Part shown: positions 40,861 through 54,000 of the stretch, one piece after another
How positions within the stretch are numbered: position 1 is the stretch's first letter
Layout of the letters: each line of letters begins with the position of its first letter
DNA from: Camelus dromedarius
Lineage: Eukaryota
Reading direction: 5' to 3'
Length of the DNA stretch: 64,000 nt
Assembly (NCBI RefSeq): GCF_036321535.1
Contig: NC_087436.1
Location: 111,230,001-111,294,000, forward strand
Translations under genes and position numbers: made by a program
Notes under the pieces: generated by a model
What the model was told of the DNA's origin: nothing
The model's input: the letters and a program-made list of their open reading frames with translations, nothing else
Databases searched by the model: none

Positions 40861-43723
40861 GATGATGACGGTGATGATGATACAGGGACCTAGACATTTG
40901 CTGCTGTTGGACAGATACCTTTGACTCTTTCTCCCACTCGTATCTCTGCATTTGTCTGTGTGACAGTCATTCTTCTCCACTAATTGGCCTTTTCCATGTG
41001 AGGACAAGGCTGTAGGTCACTGTGAATTAACATCTTCCAACCCTCAGACACAACAGGCAAGAGAGATTCTCTCCTACCCCAACTGAATAAAATCCCAGGA
41101 AGGACTCTGCCTGGCCTGGCTTGGATCCCATGCCCGTCCTGTGTCAATCACTTGGTCAACTGGGGGTCTGTCATTCGCCAGCCAGGGATACCTGCTCACC
41201 CCTGTGGCCAAGGGTGGGAGCTTGTCACGGTGGTGGGTGGGATATTATGTTTCCTGGAGAAATAAGTAGTCTCCACTCCGTATCCTGCCGTCATGTCATT
41301 TGGCGTCACTGCATGGTTGTTTTTATGTATTTGTCACTAAATTGTGAGCTCCTGGGGCAGGGACCATGGCTTCTGTATCTTCACGTCCCTCCACCCCAGG
41401 ATTGGGCACTTGACGAAAGGAAGGGCTTCTACCAATTCTGGCTGTTGGATTGAAGCTGGCTGACATCTGAATGTGAGCCAGGCCAGAGAGTAACAGATTC
41501 TGTAGATGACTCTCCCTTGGGGAGAGCGATGTGGGGCTTCCTGGGAGTCTCATAGGCTCAGATTTTAGGGTGTCCTGAGGCCCTCGGTCCTTCCATGAGG
41601 GCCTTTGAGATTCAGTTGAAGGAACACTGAAAATCAAGTGATAAAAGCCCCACTGTGGCTCTTCCGCACAAGCTGTGTGACCGTGTACAAATCAGGAGAC
41701 TCCAGGGGCCATTATTTATGAAATGAGGAAGATGGTCTGGTGATGTCTTGCTTACAACTATAAAAGTTCTATGCATATGTTCATCTTTCTTTTTGACATT
41801 TTTGGATTCCTTTCGAACCTCTGTTCAACTTTTGGGCAATGTCACAATCAGGTATCATTTTTAAAGGTCATTGTGTTTATCTGGCACAACTTAGAAATTT
41901 GATGGTAACCTTTTCAGTTTAATATGAAGACTCAATTTAGGGGAAAAAAGAACATTGGACTGAAAATCAGATTCCATTCTGCCCTAATGATGTGAAAGAT
42001 ATTGGCAAAATTGTTTAAGCTGTCTGTGCTTCAGCTCCCCCATTTGTACATAACACAGCTGGTATAGATCTGGTAGAAGGCAAGATCTGACTTTAACTTT
42101 CTAAGGTGCTGGCATGGGGGAAACAGCCTGTCTCTCTTTTTTCCTGTGAGCACATGGCAGCCCTTGTGCATCTCCCAGCCTCCCTGCGGCTCTGGGATTA
42201 AGGGCAGGCCTGGGGAGGTGAGAGGGGTGATATGCACATCTTCCATTTCATGTGTTCCAGAGACACCTGCTGCCTCTGCATTGCTTCTACCTGTAGTGTC
42301 ATCTGCAGAGTGAACGTGGTGTTCGCTGCACCCACGGTTTTCCCTGCTCAGCATCCTCTCAGGGCCGGAGCACCTGAGATGAGCTCAGGAGTGATGAGGG
42401 AAAATGAGAGGTTGAGTAGAGAATAATTTCTTTTTCCTAATTGTCATCCCTACATTTGTTTTTTATTATGAAAAAAATGCCAATCACAGGGGTCTAAGGA
42501 AGAAGCCTTAAATGTTACTATTCATGTGAAAAACTTTCCTTCTTAATCAGTTACAATACTGAATATAGAAAAGCCATGTGGTTAATTGATTTGTACAGTT
42601 TTGGGATTTTGAAAAACTATTTAAAATTTTTCCTTTTCTTTGATCACTTTAATTAACCAAGTAATACATACTTCGTAGGAAATTAGAAAATGCAAATAAG
42701 CAAAAATTTTAATAATTAAAATCCCTTGCAGTTCCACCACCTGTTGGCATCCTGAGATACATTTTTGAGTCTTAAATCAGCATTTCCCCAGCTCTCACAG
42801 CATTTGCCCCCTCCCCCAGCCCCTGCACATCTGACCCACACTGTCTCCCTAGAACTCTTCCTCACTCTGCTCCCCACAACCCCGTTCACACCCTCCCAGC
42901 CCTCGAGACCTGCCTGCACTGACTGTCGAGACAGACGGAGCCCCAAGCGCTGAGTCCTTCTAGCAACTGTTGTCCTGTGCCTTTGACACTTTAACTCACA
43001 AGGTCAAAACCTAAGGAACTCTTGGCCCAGCATATCCCAAAATATGTAATGAGGGAAATTAATTGGCATTATAATTTAAAAAAAGAGAGCTCAATGGCTG
43101 ACTCTTGGCGTAAAGACAGTTAAGCAAATGTCTTTATACCAGAGCTGCCCAGGCCTCAAGCTTATTTGACTTTAGAGTCCCTTGTCCACATCCATTCCCT
43201 TTGGGAAATATCAGCTGAGTGCGACTATTTCATTTCCTAGGAGAGGAAGCCTCGTTTTCTCAGAGAGATTCGTTCGAGGACTTGCCTTATGACACACCGC
43301 TTGCGAGGGACAGAACTGGACCTTGGAACTCAGGTGTCTTGGCGGCGGGCCCTGTGCTTCCTTCAGTGGCCCACCGGGCCTTCGTTCTGCGCCATCTTTC
43401 CACCTGGATGTTTTCATTCGCCTGTGTGTGCACACGTGCTTCCTGTTTGCTCTATGAGATTAGGGACCAAGTCCTAACCTTTTCTTCTCTCTCCTCCAGT
43501 TCTGAAGTTCGTGCTCAGTGAACCATACTGGGTTTCCTGGGAAGGGTCAGAAGTACCCATCTGTTCTTGCTGACACAGCACCCATTCTTCTGGTACCAGA
43601 TCTCCAGCTTCCTTTGAGAAGCTGGCCATGTGCTACTTCAGTCCTCCGTCCATGTGGTTGAGGCAGGTCAGCTCCATTCCCCCGATTCCCGTGTGACCTG
43701 AAATTAGCCAATCGGTGTATTCC

Positions 43724-43863
43724 TTTTTTTTTAATTTTAAATTTTTTTTACTGAAGTACAGTCAGTTACAGTGTGTCAATTTCTGGTGTACAGCACGATG
43801 TCCCAGTCATGCTTATACATACATATATTCATTTTCATATTCTTTTTCATTAAAGGTTATTAT
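43724..43863 (-). mobile_element. Short L1 3' end inserted in an old MLT1 LTR
   Basis: T-tract followed by TGAAGTACAGTCAGTTACAGTGTGTCAATTTCTGGTGTACAGC. Flanks TGTATTCC / TGTATCC resemble a TSD. Confidence 0.8.
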
Positions 43864-46800
43864 TGTATCCCATTGACCCCAGGAATTAGTGTTAGCCCAG
43901 GTGAATATAGTCAACTTTGAGATTCTCATTGGAACTATTAACAAAGAGGAGCTCTCTTTCCAGGAGTGTGCTAAGCTGGCAAAATGTAATCTTGGTGCTA
44001 CCTGTAGCTACTTTGCCAAGAGCCTGTCAAAGAATAAAGCCAATTCAGAAAAAAGCAAAACTGTGAGATGGAAAGAGACAGCCTAGATGACATCATTTAA
44101 GAGCCTGGATCTATCTGTACCTGAAGCTATCACTGGCTCAGGGCTTCCCAGGTCCATGACCCTCTTTCCCAGTCCAATGGATTTGAATTTCCATTTTTGT
44201 ATCTAGAAGAATCCTGATTAGTAAATATATACTTTCCTAGAATTTGGTTGCTAAAACATAAAGATTTTAAAGGGAATTTCATATGTTTCTACTGGACAAG
44301 AAGGATCAGGCCAAGACAGACTGAAAGGGCATTATTCCATAACCCCTAGGCCTTTCTTTCCTTTTTAAAGACAAAGAAGGGATGTTCAGGAGTATGTACT
44401 GGATGTATTTTCTATAGACTGGCTAAGGGAACTCAGCCAAAAGAAAGAAGATTATCACCATTTGTGAAAACAGAGATGATTATATATTTAATTTTACTGT
44501 CAGAACCCACCCTGGCAAATTCTCAGATACTCACCTCCAGAATGTGCTGATAGGAATTTGTGTAACTATACAGACATCTATTGGATTTGAACTGAGTGAA
44601 AAGAGCTCTGGATTCAGGGTCCAACACATACTAGGTGCTCTCTAAATATTATTTCTCCTATTTTCTGAATTTATTTTCTGGGAGGAGTAAAAATCACCAA
44701 ATTGCATTTTTTATAAGTTAGATGGGGATAATAATTGCGTGCTTTCTTCTAAGGCAGCCCTGCTTAATATCACTAACATATAACACCTCTGAATGGTGTC
44801 CCCTCTTTGTCATACAGAGTTCTTCTACTTTTTCCATCACGCATTCATTCATTCATTCATTTACACTCTGTTAAACTCTAGATCAGGGGTTCTGCAGGGT
44901 GGTGAGGATACAGTGGTGTGTAACAAAGAGTCCCTGCTAGTTCACTGAAACAGCCTCTCATAGAAGACCCACCGTGTGCCTGCTGGTTGCCTGGTCCAAT
45001 ATTTGGCATCTGGACACAAAATTGAATGGATTGTGACTCTGTCCCTACAAAGCTAGCAGGCTCCACAGTGGTGGACCCCCCCCCCCCAACCATAGACCAC
45101 CTCTTTGGTGGTGAGTGTCCCACCCTCAGGGATGGTGGGGCAGAAAAAGGTTGGGAGCTGCCATGATGGGTGATGAGGAGCCCCCTAGGAGTAAGTACTA
45201 AGCAGGATTGTAGTCAGTCCTTGGATTTGGACAGAACACTAGCGAGGCAAGAGGTAGAGGGACCCTCAGGTAGAGTAGTCACATGGAGGGTGGTTTGGAA
45301 GAAATGATGGCAGAAACTTTTCAACAGTAGAGGGAACAGGTGTGCCCTCACCTTTATAAAAGCCACGTGCTCTTACCATTGCTGTCACACTTTCATTCAT
45401 GGGAGAGGTATGTTGGAGACTGAATTCAAGAGCACATTCTGAAAGCCAGAGACTGGCTACACCCAGCGTGGCTTGTGGCCTATGGCTCCCTGTCTCCTGG
45501 GTTGAAGCTCCAGGTGGCATCTCCATACCTGGTGACACTCACAAGAGCAACAAGACTGCCTTAGACTCTTCTTCCCCACAGAACCAGGGTCCATAATGCA
45601 AGAGACAGCACCTTTATCATAGTGGAGCTGCTTAGACCAGAATACACCAGCCAGGAGGAGGCAGTGCGGCCAAAGCCAGGCCCCTCGGGAGAGGCACTGG
45701 GACTTGGCCCTTCCTTGTCTGAGTGTTTCTCCTTCCAGGGCTTGTGTCTCAGGCTTAAACACTTATAGATTAATGGTTTGATGCAGAACAGTTTGATGAT
45801 ATATCCTTATCTTTAAAAAAAAAAGATTTTTTTCTGATTATAATTGAAGTGCATGCTCATATAGAAAAATTGAGGAATGTACAAAAGTTAAAAAAAAAAA
45901 GGGAGAAAAGTCAATACTGTTCATTATTACCATCCAGCGATAACCTTGGTCATATTTTGATACATTCTTTTTTTTCAGTTTTATTAGGTGGAATTATTAC
46001 AGTTTGGCTGCACATATACATTATATTGCATGTAAATACATATATACAATATAGTACACATTTTTTTTAGTTTACATACATGTACTTATCACTGTTTTCT
46101 AAGAACAGATTAGAGCTTTAGCTTTTTAAACTTTCATAGTTACATGTTTTGATACATTCTTGACCCTTTACTTTGTTGATGTGTGTGTGTGTGTGTAATT
46201 TTAAAACAAAATCAGAACCAGGTTGCATCTTTTAAATTTTAACTTAAAATCGACTCCTGACTTTTGGGGCCCTTGACACGGTGGGCTGGCCTGGGCTCTG
46301 TTCTCCCGCAGAAGCTCCTGGTAGAACAAATCAGAGACAAAAGATGGTTTAGTCTGTGAGCTTGAGCCAGTGTGGCCCTTCCGTTCCGGGTGTGCAGGTA
46401 AGTGAGCCACACTCACCCAGCCCCCATAGATTAAGAGTAAAACCACTGCTCTAGTTGAGGCCACGTGCTGCCGGAGCACAGAAACTCAGCCGCGGCTGAG
46501 AATACGATTTGGAAAGGTGACCCCGCGTATCATAAATGGATCTTTGGGTTTTGTTAAGGGGTTGTTTGGACAAGAATATATCTCTTGAAGCGTAGTGTTT
46601 ATCTGAGGATTATGTAGAAGGTACATGAATCGGAAAATGTTTAAAGTGATTTTTCCCCCACAGAGAACAGTGGGGAAAATAAGTCATTTAAAACGGGCAC
46701 TCAGTATATTTATCTTTCATGCTGTGGGGTTTACCTTGTAAAGCTGCTTTGTGAACTGGAACGTGCTGTGTAAAAATAACGTTAGCGTTCGATGCTGTTG

Positions 46801-48004
46801 CACTTACATGGAACAAATAGATACGCGTGTCCGTAGAGATATACACACAAAGCCTGCTTTCAGAATTAAATTTGTAATTCGCAATCTGAGCAGGTAAACT
46901 TGAAGGGCTTCTTTTTCTATTAAGTTCACATGGTTTTGTTTGTATGTGTGGTTATAGATTTTGATGCTCCTACTTGGATTACTTCTCCAAGTGTGTGAAA
47001 GTGTTTCCTGTGAGAGGTATTAACATTTCTTTGTATTGATTTTATTTGTAAAAGATGTATCACAACACGTATGTGTAATTGTTGACACAGTTGGCTGGCT
47101 AACCAAGAGGGCTAGCCCTGGTCTTTGCATTCCAAGAGGCTGTAAACAAGTCATTTGAGCCGCAAAAGATGATCCCTTTCCAGGTCCCTCGTCTTACGCA
47201 GGTGGCGAAACTCCCTGGAAGACAGGTGAGCCTGGGTCTGAGTGTTGACCTCGGCCAGTAAGAGGAGGGGCTCTGGTTAAGGGCCTTCTGGGGAGACTGC
47301 ACTTACCTGGCAGCTACCCCTCCATGTAAATTGGTTCGAGAGACAGTTGGTCTTCGATTACTCAGAAGCTTGCCTCACAGCTCAATGCCATGTGCAGCTA
47401 GGTGCTTTGCAACCACTCTCTGACAGGTAATGGTGAGATTTTAATTAGTGTCCTGGACCCCATCTAGAAATCCATTCCAAGCCCATTTGCTTGCAGCCCA
47501 GCCTTCCTTGGGACCAGTTCCAGCCCGTTTCCTTGAAGGAGGAGACAGCAACCCCATGACTTCTGCTGGTAGCGGGAGTTTCAGCACCCAAATTCAGGAC
47601 TTTCTTCTTAAGATTTAGCTAGTCCTCTGTTCTGACCTGGTGCTGGGGAAGTTGGGGCTCCCTCGTGGGCAGGGATGTGAGTCAAGAGCAGTGACAGTGG
47701 CCTATCCATTTTCTGGCCTCCCAGGATGCTATGCTTCTGAGGTGGAGTGGCCCAGACACCCCTTCAGTCATGCCAACAAGAGAATCCTCGGAACCCTCCA
47801 TCTCCCCCACCCCACACCTGGTGTCACTGGCCCTGCCACTCTTCCTCATGGGAAGGTCTTAAACCCACACACCTTCCTGGTTCCTCTGCACTTATTCCAG
47901 CCTTCCCCATGCCCCTACCTTCTCCTCCTGCCTCCCTCAGTCTTCTCTCTGCCCTCATCACACTGCAGCCAGGGCAATGGTCCCGAAACTTAGGAAATGG
48001 GGAA

Positions 48005-48364
48005 TGTCTTAGTCAAGCTTTTCCAGAGAGATGCAACCAACAGGATGTAGATAGAAAGAAATTTCTTATAAGAAATTATCTCATGTGATTGTGGAAACTG
48101 AGAGGTTCCACAATCTGCCATCTGCAAGTTGGAGACCCGCGGGAGCTGGTGGTGCAAATCTCAGTCTGAGGCTAAAGGCTTGAGAACCAGGAGAACCAAC
48201 GATGTAAGTCCCAATTCGAGGACAAAAGGCTGATGTCCTGTCTCAAGCAGTCAAGCAGAGAGAGTGAGTTCTCCCTGACCCAGGCTTTTGTTCTTTTCAG
48301 GCCTTTAACCAAATATCTGGGCAACCCATGGCCCTGTCAAGTTGACACAGAAAATAAACCATTA
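48005..48364. mobile_element. MLT2 (ERVL) solo LTR, internally deleted
   Basis: TGTCTTAGTC...CCACAATCTGCCATCTGCAAG.TGGAGACCC...GTCAAGTTGACACAGAAAATAAACCAT. Flanks GGGAA/GGGAG. Confidence 0.82.
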
Positions 48365-50367
48365 GGGAGAGTTTTATTCCCCATAACCCTAGAGAGGCAG
48401 AATCTTGTAAGAAAAGCTTCCTGCATGGCCCGGAAGCCACAGTTCCCCAAAGTATGCACCCATCTGCTTTTAGAGTCTGAGGCCCTGAGCAACCAAATGT
48501 TAAAAATGCAGCTCCTGGCCTCTCCCTGGCCCCGACCTACTGCATCGGGATCTCTGGGGCAAGGTGTGGGAGTCTGCATGATCACCACGTGCTTCGTCAA
48601 CTGGATAGAGTCTAAACTCCTTAACTTGGATGCTGGACCCTTGAGTGTCTGATCCCTGACCATCAGTCCAGCACTGCGTCATGCGGTCTTCCCCTCCTGC
48701 CAACGCCCCTCACCAGGCTGTGGCCAGGAGGACCCCCTTGCACGTATCCTCACAGTCCGCCCTACTTCATGCCTTTGTGCTACTTCTTCCTCCTGACACT
48801 CCCCCACCTGTACTTTCCTCCCCCTTCTCGTCCTCTGGCTGCCATTGGCTCATCTTTCCAAACCCAGCTCAAGCATCCTCTGTACTCTGATGTCTTTCGG
48901 CTAGGATAAAGAGATATTTCATGCATTCAACAAATATTTACAGAGTCCTTTCCACACATCAGGTACTGTTCCAGGGTTTTGGAAAGGAAGACAAATAAAT
49001 TTTTTAAAAAACACACATAAAATATATATGTCAGATAAAGGTGATATGGAGAAAAACAAAGCAGGAAAAAGTATGGGGAGAGCAAGAATTTGGGGGCTAA
49101 TCAGGGCAGGTCTCACTGATAAGGTGGCATGTGAGCTGAGACCCAAAGGAGGACAGTGGTCCCAGGAGAGGCAACAGTATATACAGAGATGCAGTGAGAG
49201 AGCGAGTGAGATGTGGCAAGGATCTCTGTGTGGCTGGAGTGGAGTGAGTGGGAAAGAGAAGAGGATGAGGTGAGCTCAGAAAGGTCATGGGAGCCAGACC
49301 ACATTTCCCTTTTTTGGCCATTGTGAGGCTGACTTTTCCTGAGAGGTGAGTCATCAGAAGGTTTTGAGCAGTGGAGAGACATGATTTGACTGGCTTTTAA
49401 CAGACTCTAGATGGCAAGGTGGAAAAAAGGTTTGTGGTCATTGAAATGGGCCAGGTGAGAGGTGCTCATGACTCAGATCAAGGGCAGGATGGGATGGTGA
49501 GAAGTGATGAGATTCAGGATTGGCTGATGGAGTAGATTTGGGATGTCAAAGACAGATTTGAGATAAGGATGACTTCAAAAAAATTTTAACCATTTTTTTA
49601 ATTGTGGTAAAATAAAAATTACATGAAATTTACCATTTTTAAGTGTACAGTTCGGTGGCATTAGATATATTCGCATGGTTGTGCAACCATCACCACCATC
49701 CATCTTTAGAACTTTTTCATCCTCCCAAGTGGAAACTCTGTACCCATTAGGTGACAACTCCCCAGTATCCCCCCCTCCAGCCACCAGCAACCACCGTGCT
49801 ACTTTTTGACTCTGTGAATCTCACTACTGTAGGTACTTCACATAAGTGGAATTATAAGGTGGTTGTCATTTGTGACCAGCTTGTTTCACTTAGCATAGTG
49901 TCTTCAAGGTTCATCCAGGGTCAAAATTTTTTTCTTGTTAAGGCTGAAGAATATATCATTTGTGTATATACCAGATTTTGTTTATCCATTCATCCATCAG
50001 TGGACACTTGGTTTGTTTCTACCTTTTGGGTTGTTCGAATAAGGCTGTGCACATGAGTGTACAAATGTCTATTTAAGTACCTGCTTTCAATTATTTTGAA
50101 ATTATCATTCCAGAAGTGGAATTTCTGGATCATATGATAATTCTATGTTTAATTTTCTGAAGAACCACCATACCACTTTCCACAGTGGCAGCATGCTTTT
50201 CATTTCCATCAGCAACAAGCAAAGGTTTCAATTTTTCCACATCCTCATCAGCACTTATTTTCTGTTTTTTTTTTTAAATAACCATCCCAGTAGGTGTGAA
50301 GTGGTATCTAATTGTAGGTTTAATCTGCATTTCCCTAGGGATTGTTTTGTGATGTTGAGCATCTTTT

Positions 50368-50776
50368 GGGGGGGGGGGGCGGTTAATGAAGTATGGTCGG
50401 TTACAACGTTGTGTCCATTTCTGGTGCACAGCATAATGTTTCAATCATACATATACATACATATATTCCTTTTCATATTCTTTTTCATTATAGGTTACTA
50501 CAAGATATTGAATATAGCTCCCTGAGCTATACAGTAGGACCTTGTTGTTTATCCATTATATTAATATATATAGCATTATATATGTATATACTACACTATA
50601 CACACACACACTACTATATATACACACACACACACACACAAACACTATTATATATAGTAGTTAGTATCTGCAAATCCTGAACTCCCAACTTATCCCTCCC
50701 CACCCCTTTTCCCCCCGGTAACCATAAGTTTGTTTTTTCTGTCTGTGAGTCTCTTTCTATTTTGTAAATAAGTTCA

Positions 50777-50821
<45 letters not shown>

Positions 50822-51036
50822 AGATTCCACATGTAAGTGGTATCATAGGGTATTTTTCTTTTTCTTTCTGGCTTACTTCACTTGGTATGCATATACCACA
50901 TCTTTTTTATCCAGTCATCTTTTGATGGACATTTAGGTTGCTTCTATGTCTTGGTTACTGCAAATAGTGCTGCTGTGAACATTGGGGTGTGTGTATCTTT
51001 TTAAATTAGAGTTTCCTCCAGGTATATGCCCAGGAG
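50368..51036 (-). mobile_element. Younger L1 3' end nested in the L1MB fragment
   Basis: TSD GTTGAGCATCTTTT (50354-50367) / GTTGAGCATCCTTT (51037-51050). The body is antisense to the L1 at 36188-36830. Confidence 0.88.
50779..50818. repeat. (TG)20 microsatellite
   Basis: Perfect dinucleotide run inside the nested L1. Confidence 0.97.
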
Positions 51037-54000
51037 GTTGAGCATCCTTTCACGTGCTTGTTGATAGACTCCAAAATTTGACCTATGCAACTGGAAAAAG
51101 GGAGTTGCCATGAAGTGAAATGGGGAATATTGTGGGAAGAGTAGGTTTTGAAGGAAAAATACAGAATTAATTTGAGATGTATGTTAGATATTTAATTGGA
51201 GATATTGGTAAGCAACAGGGTATGAGTCTGCTATTCAGGTGACACGTCCAGCCTGGACATATAAATTTGGGAGACATTAACAAATAAAGTGTGCTTAAAA
51301 TCGTAAGACTGGATGAGATCCCAAGAAAATGTTTCTAGAGAAGAGAAACAGTCTGAGGTCTAAGCTCTGGGGCGCAGTTATTTGAAGGATGGGCAATGAG
51401 GAAAAACTAGCCAATCAGATGAGAGGGAGAGGTCAGTGGTCAGTAGAAGGGTCCCTCTCATCTGATTGTATCCTGGAAGCCAAGTGAAGACAGCGTTTCA
51501 AGGCAGCGGAAGTGATTTCTTACGTGAAATGCTGCTGAAAGTTGCACAGATGAAGAGTGAGAACTGGCTGTTGTTCTAGCAACACGGAGGTGATTAGTGA
51601 AACTGTGATGAGCTGTTTTGGTGGATTAGTCAGGTGGAAAGCCTGACTGGAGAAGGTTTAGGAGAGAAAGGGAGGAGAGGAATCAGTGACAGTGCGTATA
51701 AACAAAGTATTTGAGGAGTTTGCTATAAAGAGGTGCAGAAAATGGGGGATGTGGGATTAAAAGAAAGATTTTTTTGTTACTGGTAAAAATTATAGCACGT
51801 TGGAACGCTGATGGGAGTGATCCACTGATGGTGATGCAGGAAGGAAGGGGGAGAATTACTGGAGCAATGTGATCATTGCCGCCCCTGTGCCTTTCTCTAG
51901 CAGATGTCTAGCAAAGCACCTCAGATACCGCCAAATGTACTGATGGGCTTGCATGTCTCCCCCCATGTCATAGATGAGCTGATGGAGAATCAGAGAGACT
52001 CAACACTCCCTCATGGTCACACAGCTAGAAAGAGGCAGAGCTGCAAAGTGAACCCAGGTCCAGTGGGCTCCAAAGCCTCCTTTTAAGAACCATGCTCTGT
52101 CCCTAAATGTTGAGTTAACCCGTTAGTTTCCCCATCTGTAAAATAGGGATAAGCATGAGAAAGTGTTAGAAGATTAATTGAAAAATATTATGTATATTAC
52201 CTGGCCCAGAGAATGTTATCCTCTGGGCACTCAGTAAATATTATTATTTCCTGTTATCCTTTTCCATTTCACTGCTGACTCCTGCTGCCAGACTCGATGG
52301 AAACTTTCCTCAGGATCTGATGCTCAGAGTGCATTAATTGTGACTTTGTTAAACCTACAGTACTCAACCTCTAAGACCTTAACAGGTTCGCTGTTGAAAT
52401 TTTCTCTGAAATCAAACCGTTAGTGTGGATTTCTAAAACCCTTGGGAAGACATTGTGACTGGCTCAGCATTCAGTATCTTGGCTGCTGAATTATTCATGT
52501 CCCTTGATGGATTCTGAAGTCGGCTTCCTCCTGAGGAGGCGGATTCACAAATGAGACTTGAGCTCGTTGCTTTGATGTTTCAGTTGAGTGGGTGGTGAGT
52601 GGAAGGAAGCAGCAGGTGGCAGGAGGAGGGTTGCCAAGTGACTGGGAGACACCAGGCCCAGGAGAAGGGTGCATATGCTCAGAATCTGCTTGACAATTCC
52701 AGATGCTGAGAGTGGGGTGGGGTGAGCTGGAGGGCAGCAGACTGTCTCCAAAAACAAGGGATGTTTCTTGTTGAGGGCATAGGGTGAGAAGACAGAGGAA
52801 AGAAACATAATGACTACCTGCTATGTGCCAGACTGTTAAACAATGTCATCTTATTTGATTCTCAAAAAACAAAAACAAAAAAACTCCAAGTCTGGGTTAT
52901 CCCTATTTTACAGGCAAGAAACTGAGGCTTCAAGATGTGAAATGACTTAAGCAATTTTTAAAAGATAAGAGTTGAGAAGTATATATATCAAACAGAATTA
53001 GGTTTGTCCATGAATGAGAGAAAACTAAAATGCAGTCCAGCTGGAATCCTCCCTGGGGCTGGCATGACCTTCCACTGGGTCAGAGATGCTGTCTCATTGT
53101 TCTGCCAACCTCAGCCTGTGGTGTCTACTTCATGGTCCAAAACGACTGCTCGGAAATAGGAGTCTCATCCCAGAAGAAGTAATGACACATCTGTTTATGT
53201 CCAGCCAGGCAGAACTTGATCACTTCGCTGCTCCAAGCTGGAAGGGAGGCTGAGAAATGTGGCATTGTGCCCATGGAAAAGTTAAGGGTTCAGATACTGG
53301 GTACACCAGTGATCTCTGCACAAGGAAGTGAAATCTAGATCTCTCTCTCACTCCAGAGGACCTCAGCTCCATCATCGTACTGCACTGCCTTCCTTAAGAG
53401 ACATGCCATTGCCACCAAAATCTCCATCAGGCTTACCTGTCCCATGGACAACCATAATGGCTACAGCTGGGTCTCATCAGGTGCTTCCTGTGAGCTATGC
53501 TATGTGCCTTATAGCAGTATCTCAATTAATCCTTCAATAACCTCATAAAGCGGGAACTTTATTCTCCTCATTGTACAAATGAGGAAACTGAGGCCCAGGG
53601 AGATTATGTAGTGTGCCCAAAGTCACACAGCTAGCAAACATCCAGACATTGTCCGGCATCCACACGATGGCAGATAGGATCTGCACCCAGGCAACGCAGA
53701 CTCCAAAGCCTTTGAGTTGTCTTGCTTGTCTGGTTCACACGTGTCCCACTTCAGGGCCTCTGCTCCTACAGGTCTCTCTTCTGGACTCCTATTCTTTCAA
53801 TTTCTCACCACCCCTTACCAAGTTCTCCTTCAGTCTAACTGGAAACACACTGTGAGTCTGAATCCAGCCAGGCATCATGCTAGGTGCATGGGGAACTATG
53901 AAATACATCAGCTGAGGTCTCTACTCTTATGACGCTTACAGTTTATTTCAACATCTAGCACCTAAATGTCCATAATATGACACAAAAGGGCCATAACAAC

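Larger units (their letters stand above)
48918..51870 (-). mobile_element. L2 element interrupted by L1MB-type sequence (~49592-51064)
   Basis: Antisense L2 terminus (TTCATGCATTCAACAAATATTTA) at 48918. Purine-rich L2 text runs to ~49585 and resumes at ~51065. The interval between has antisense L1MB 3' motifs (GTGGTAAAAT...TTTACCATTTTTAAGTGTACAGTTCGGTGGCATT). Confidence 0.75.

Noticed and set aside
47301..47313. ACTTACCTGGCAG, identical to the U1 snRNA 5' end
   Set aside because: The match stops after 13 nt, with no U1 body or TSD. It is at most a consensus donor on the minus strand.
50145..50832. ORFs with THTHTH/VCVC runs and hydrophobic stretches
   Set aside because: These are translations of microsatellites and antisense L1 UTR.
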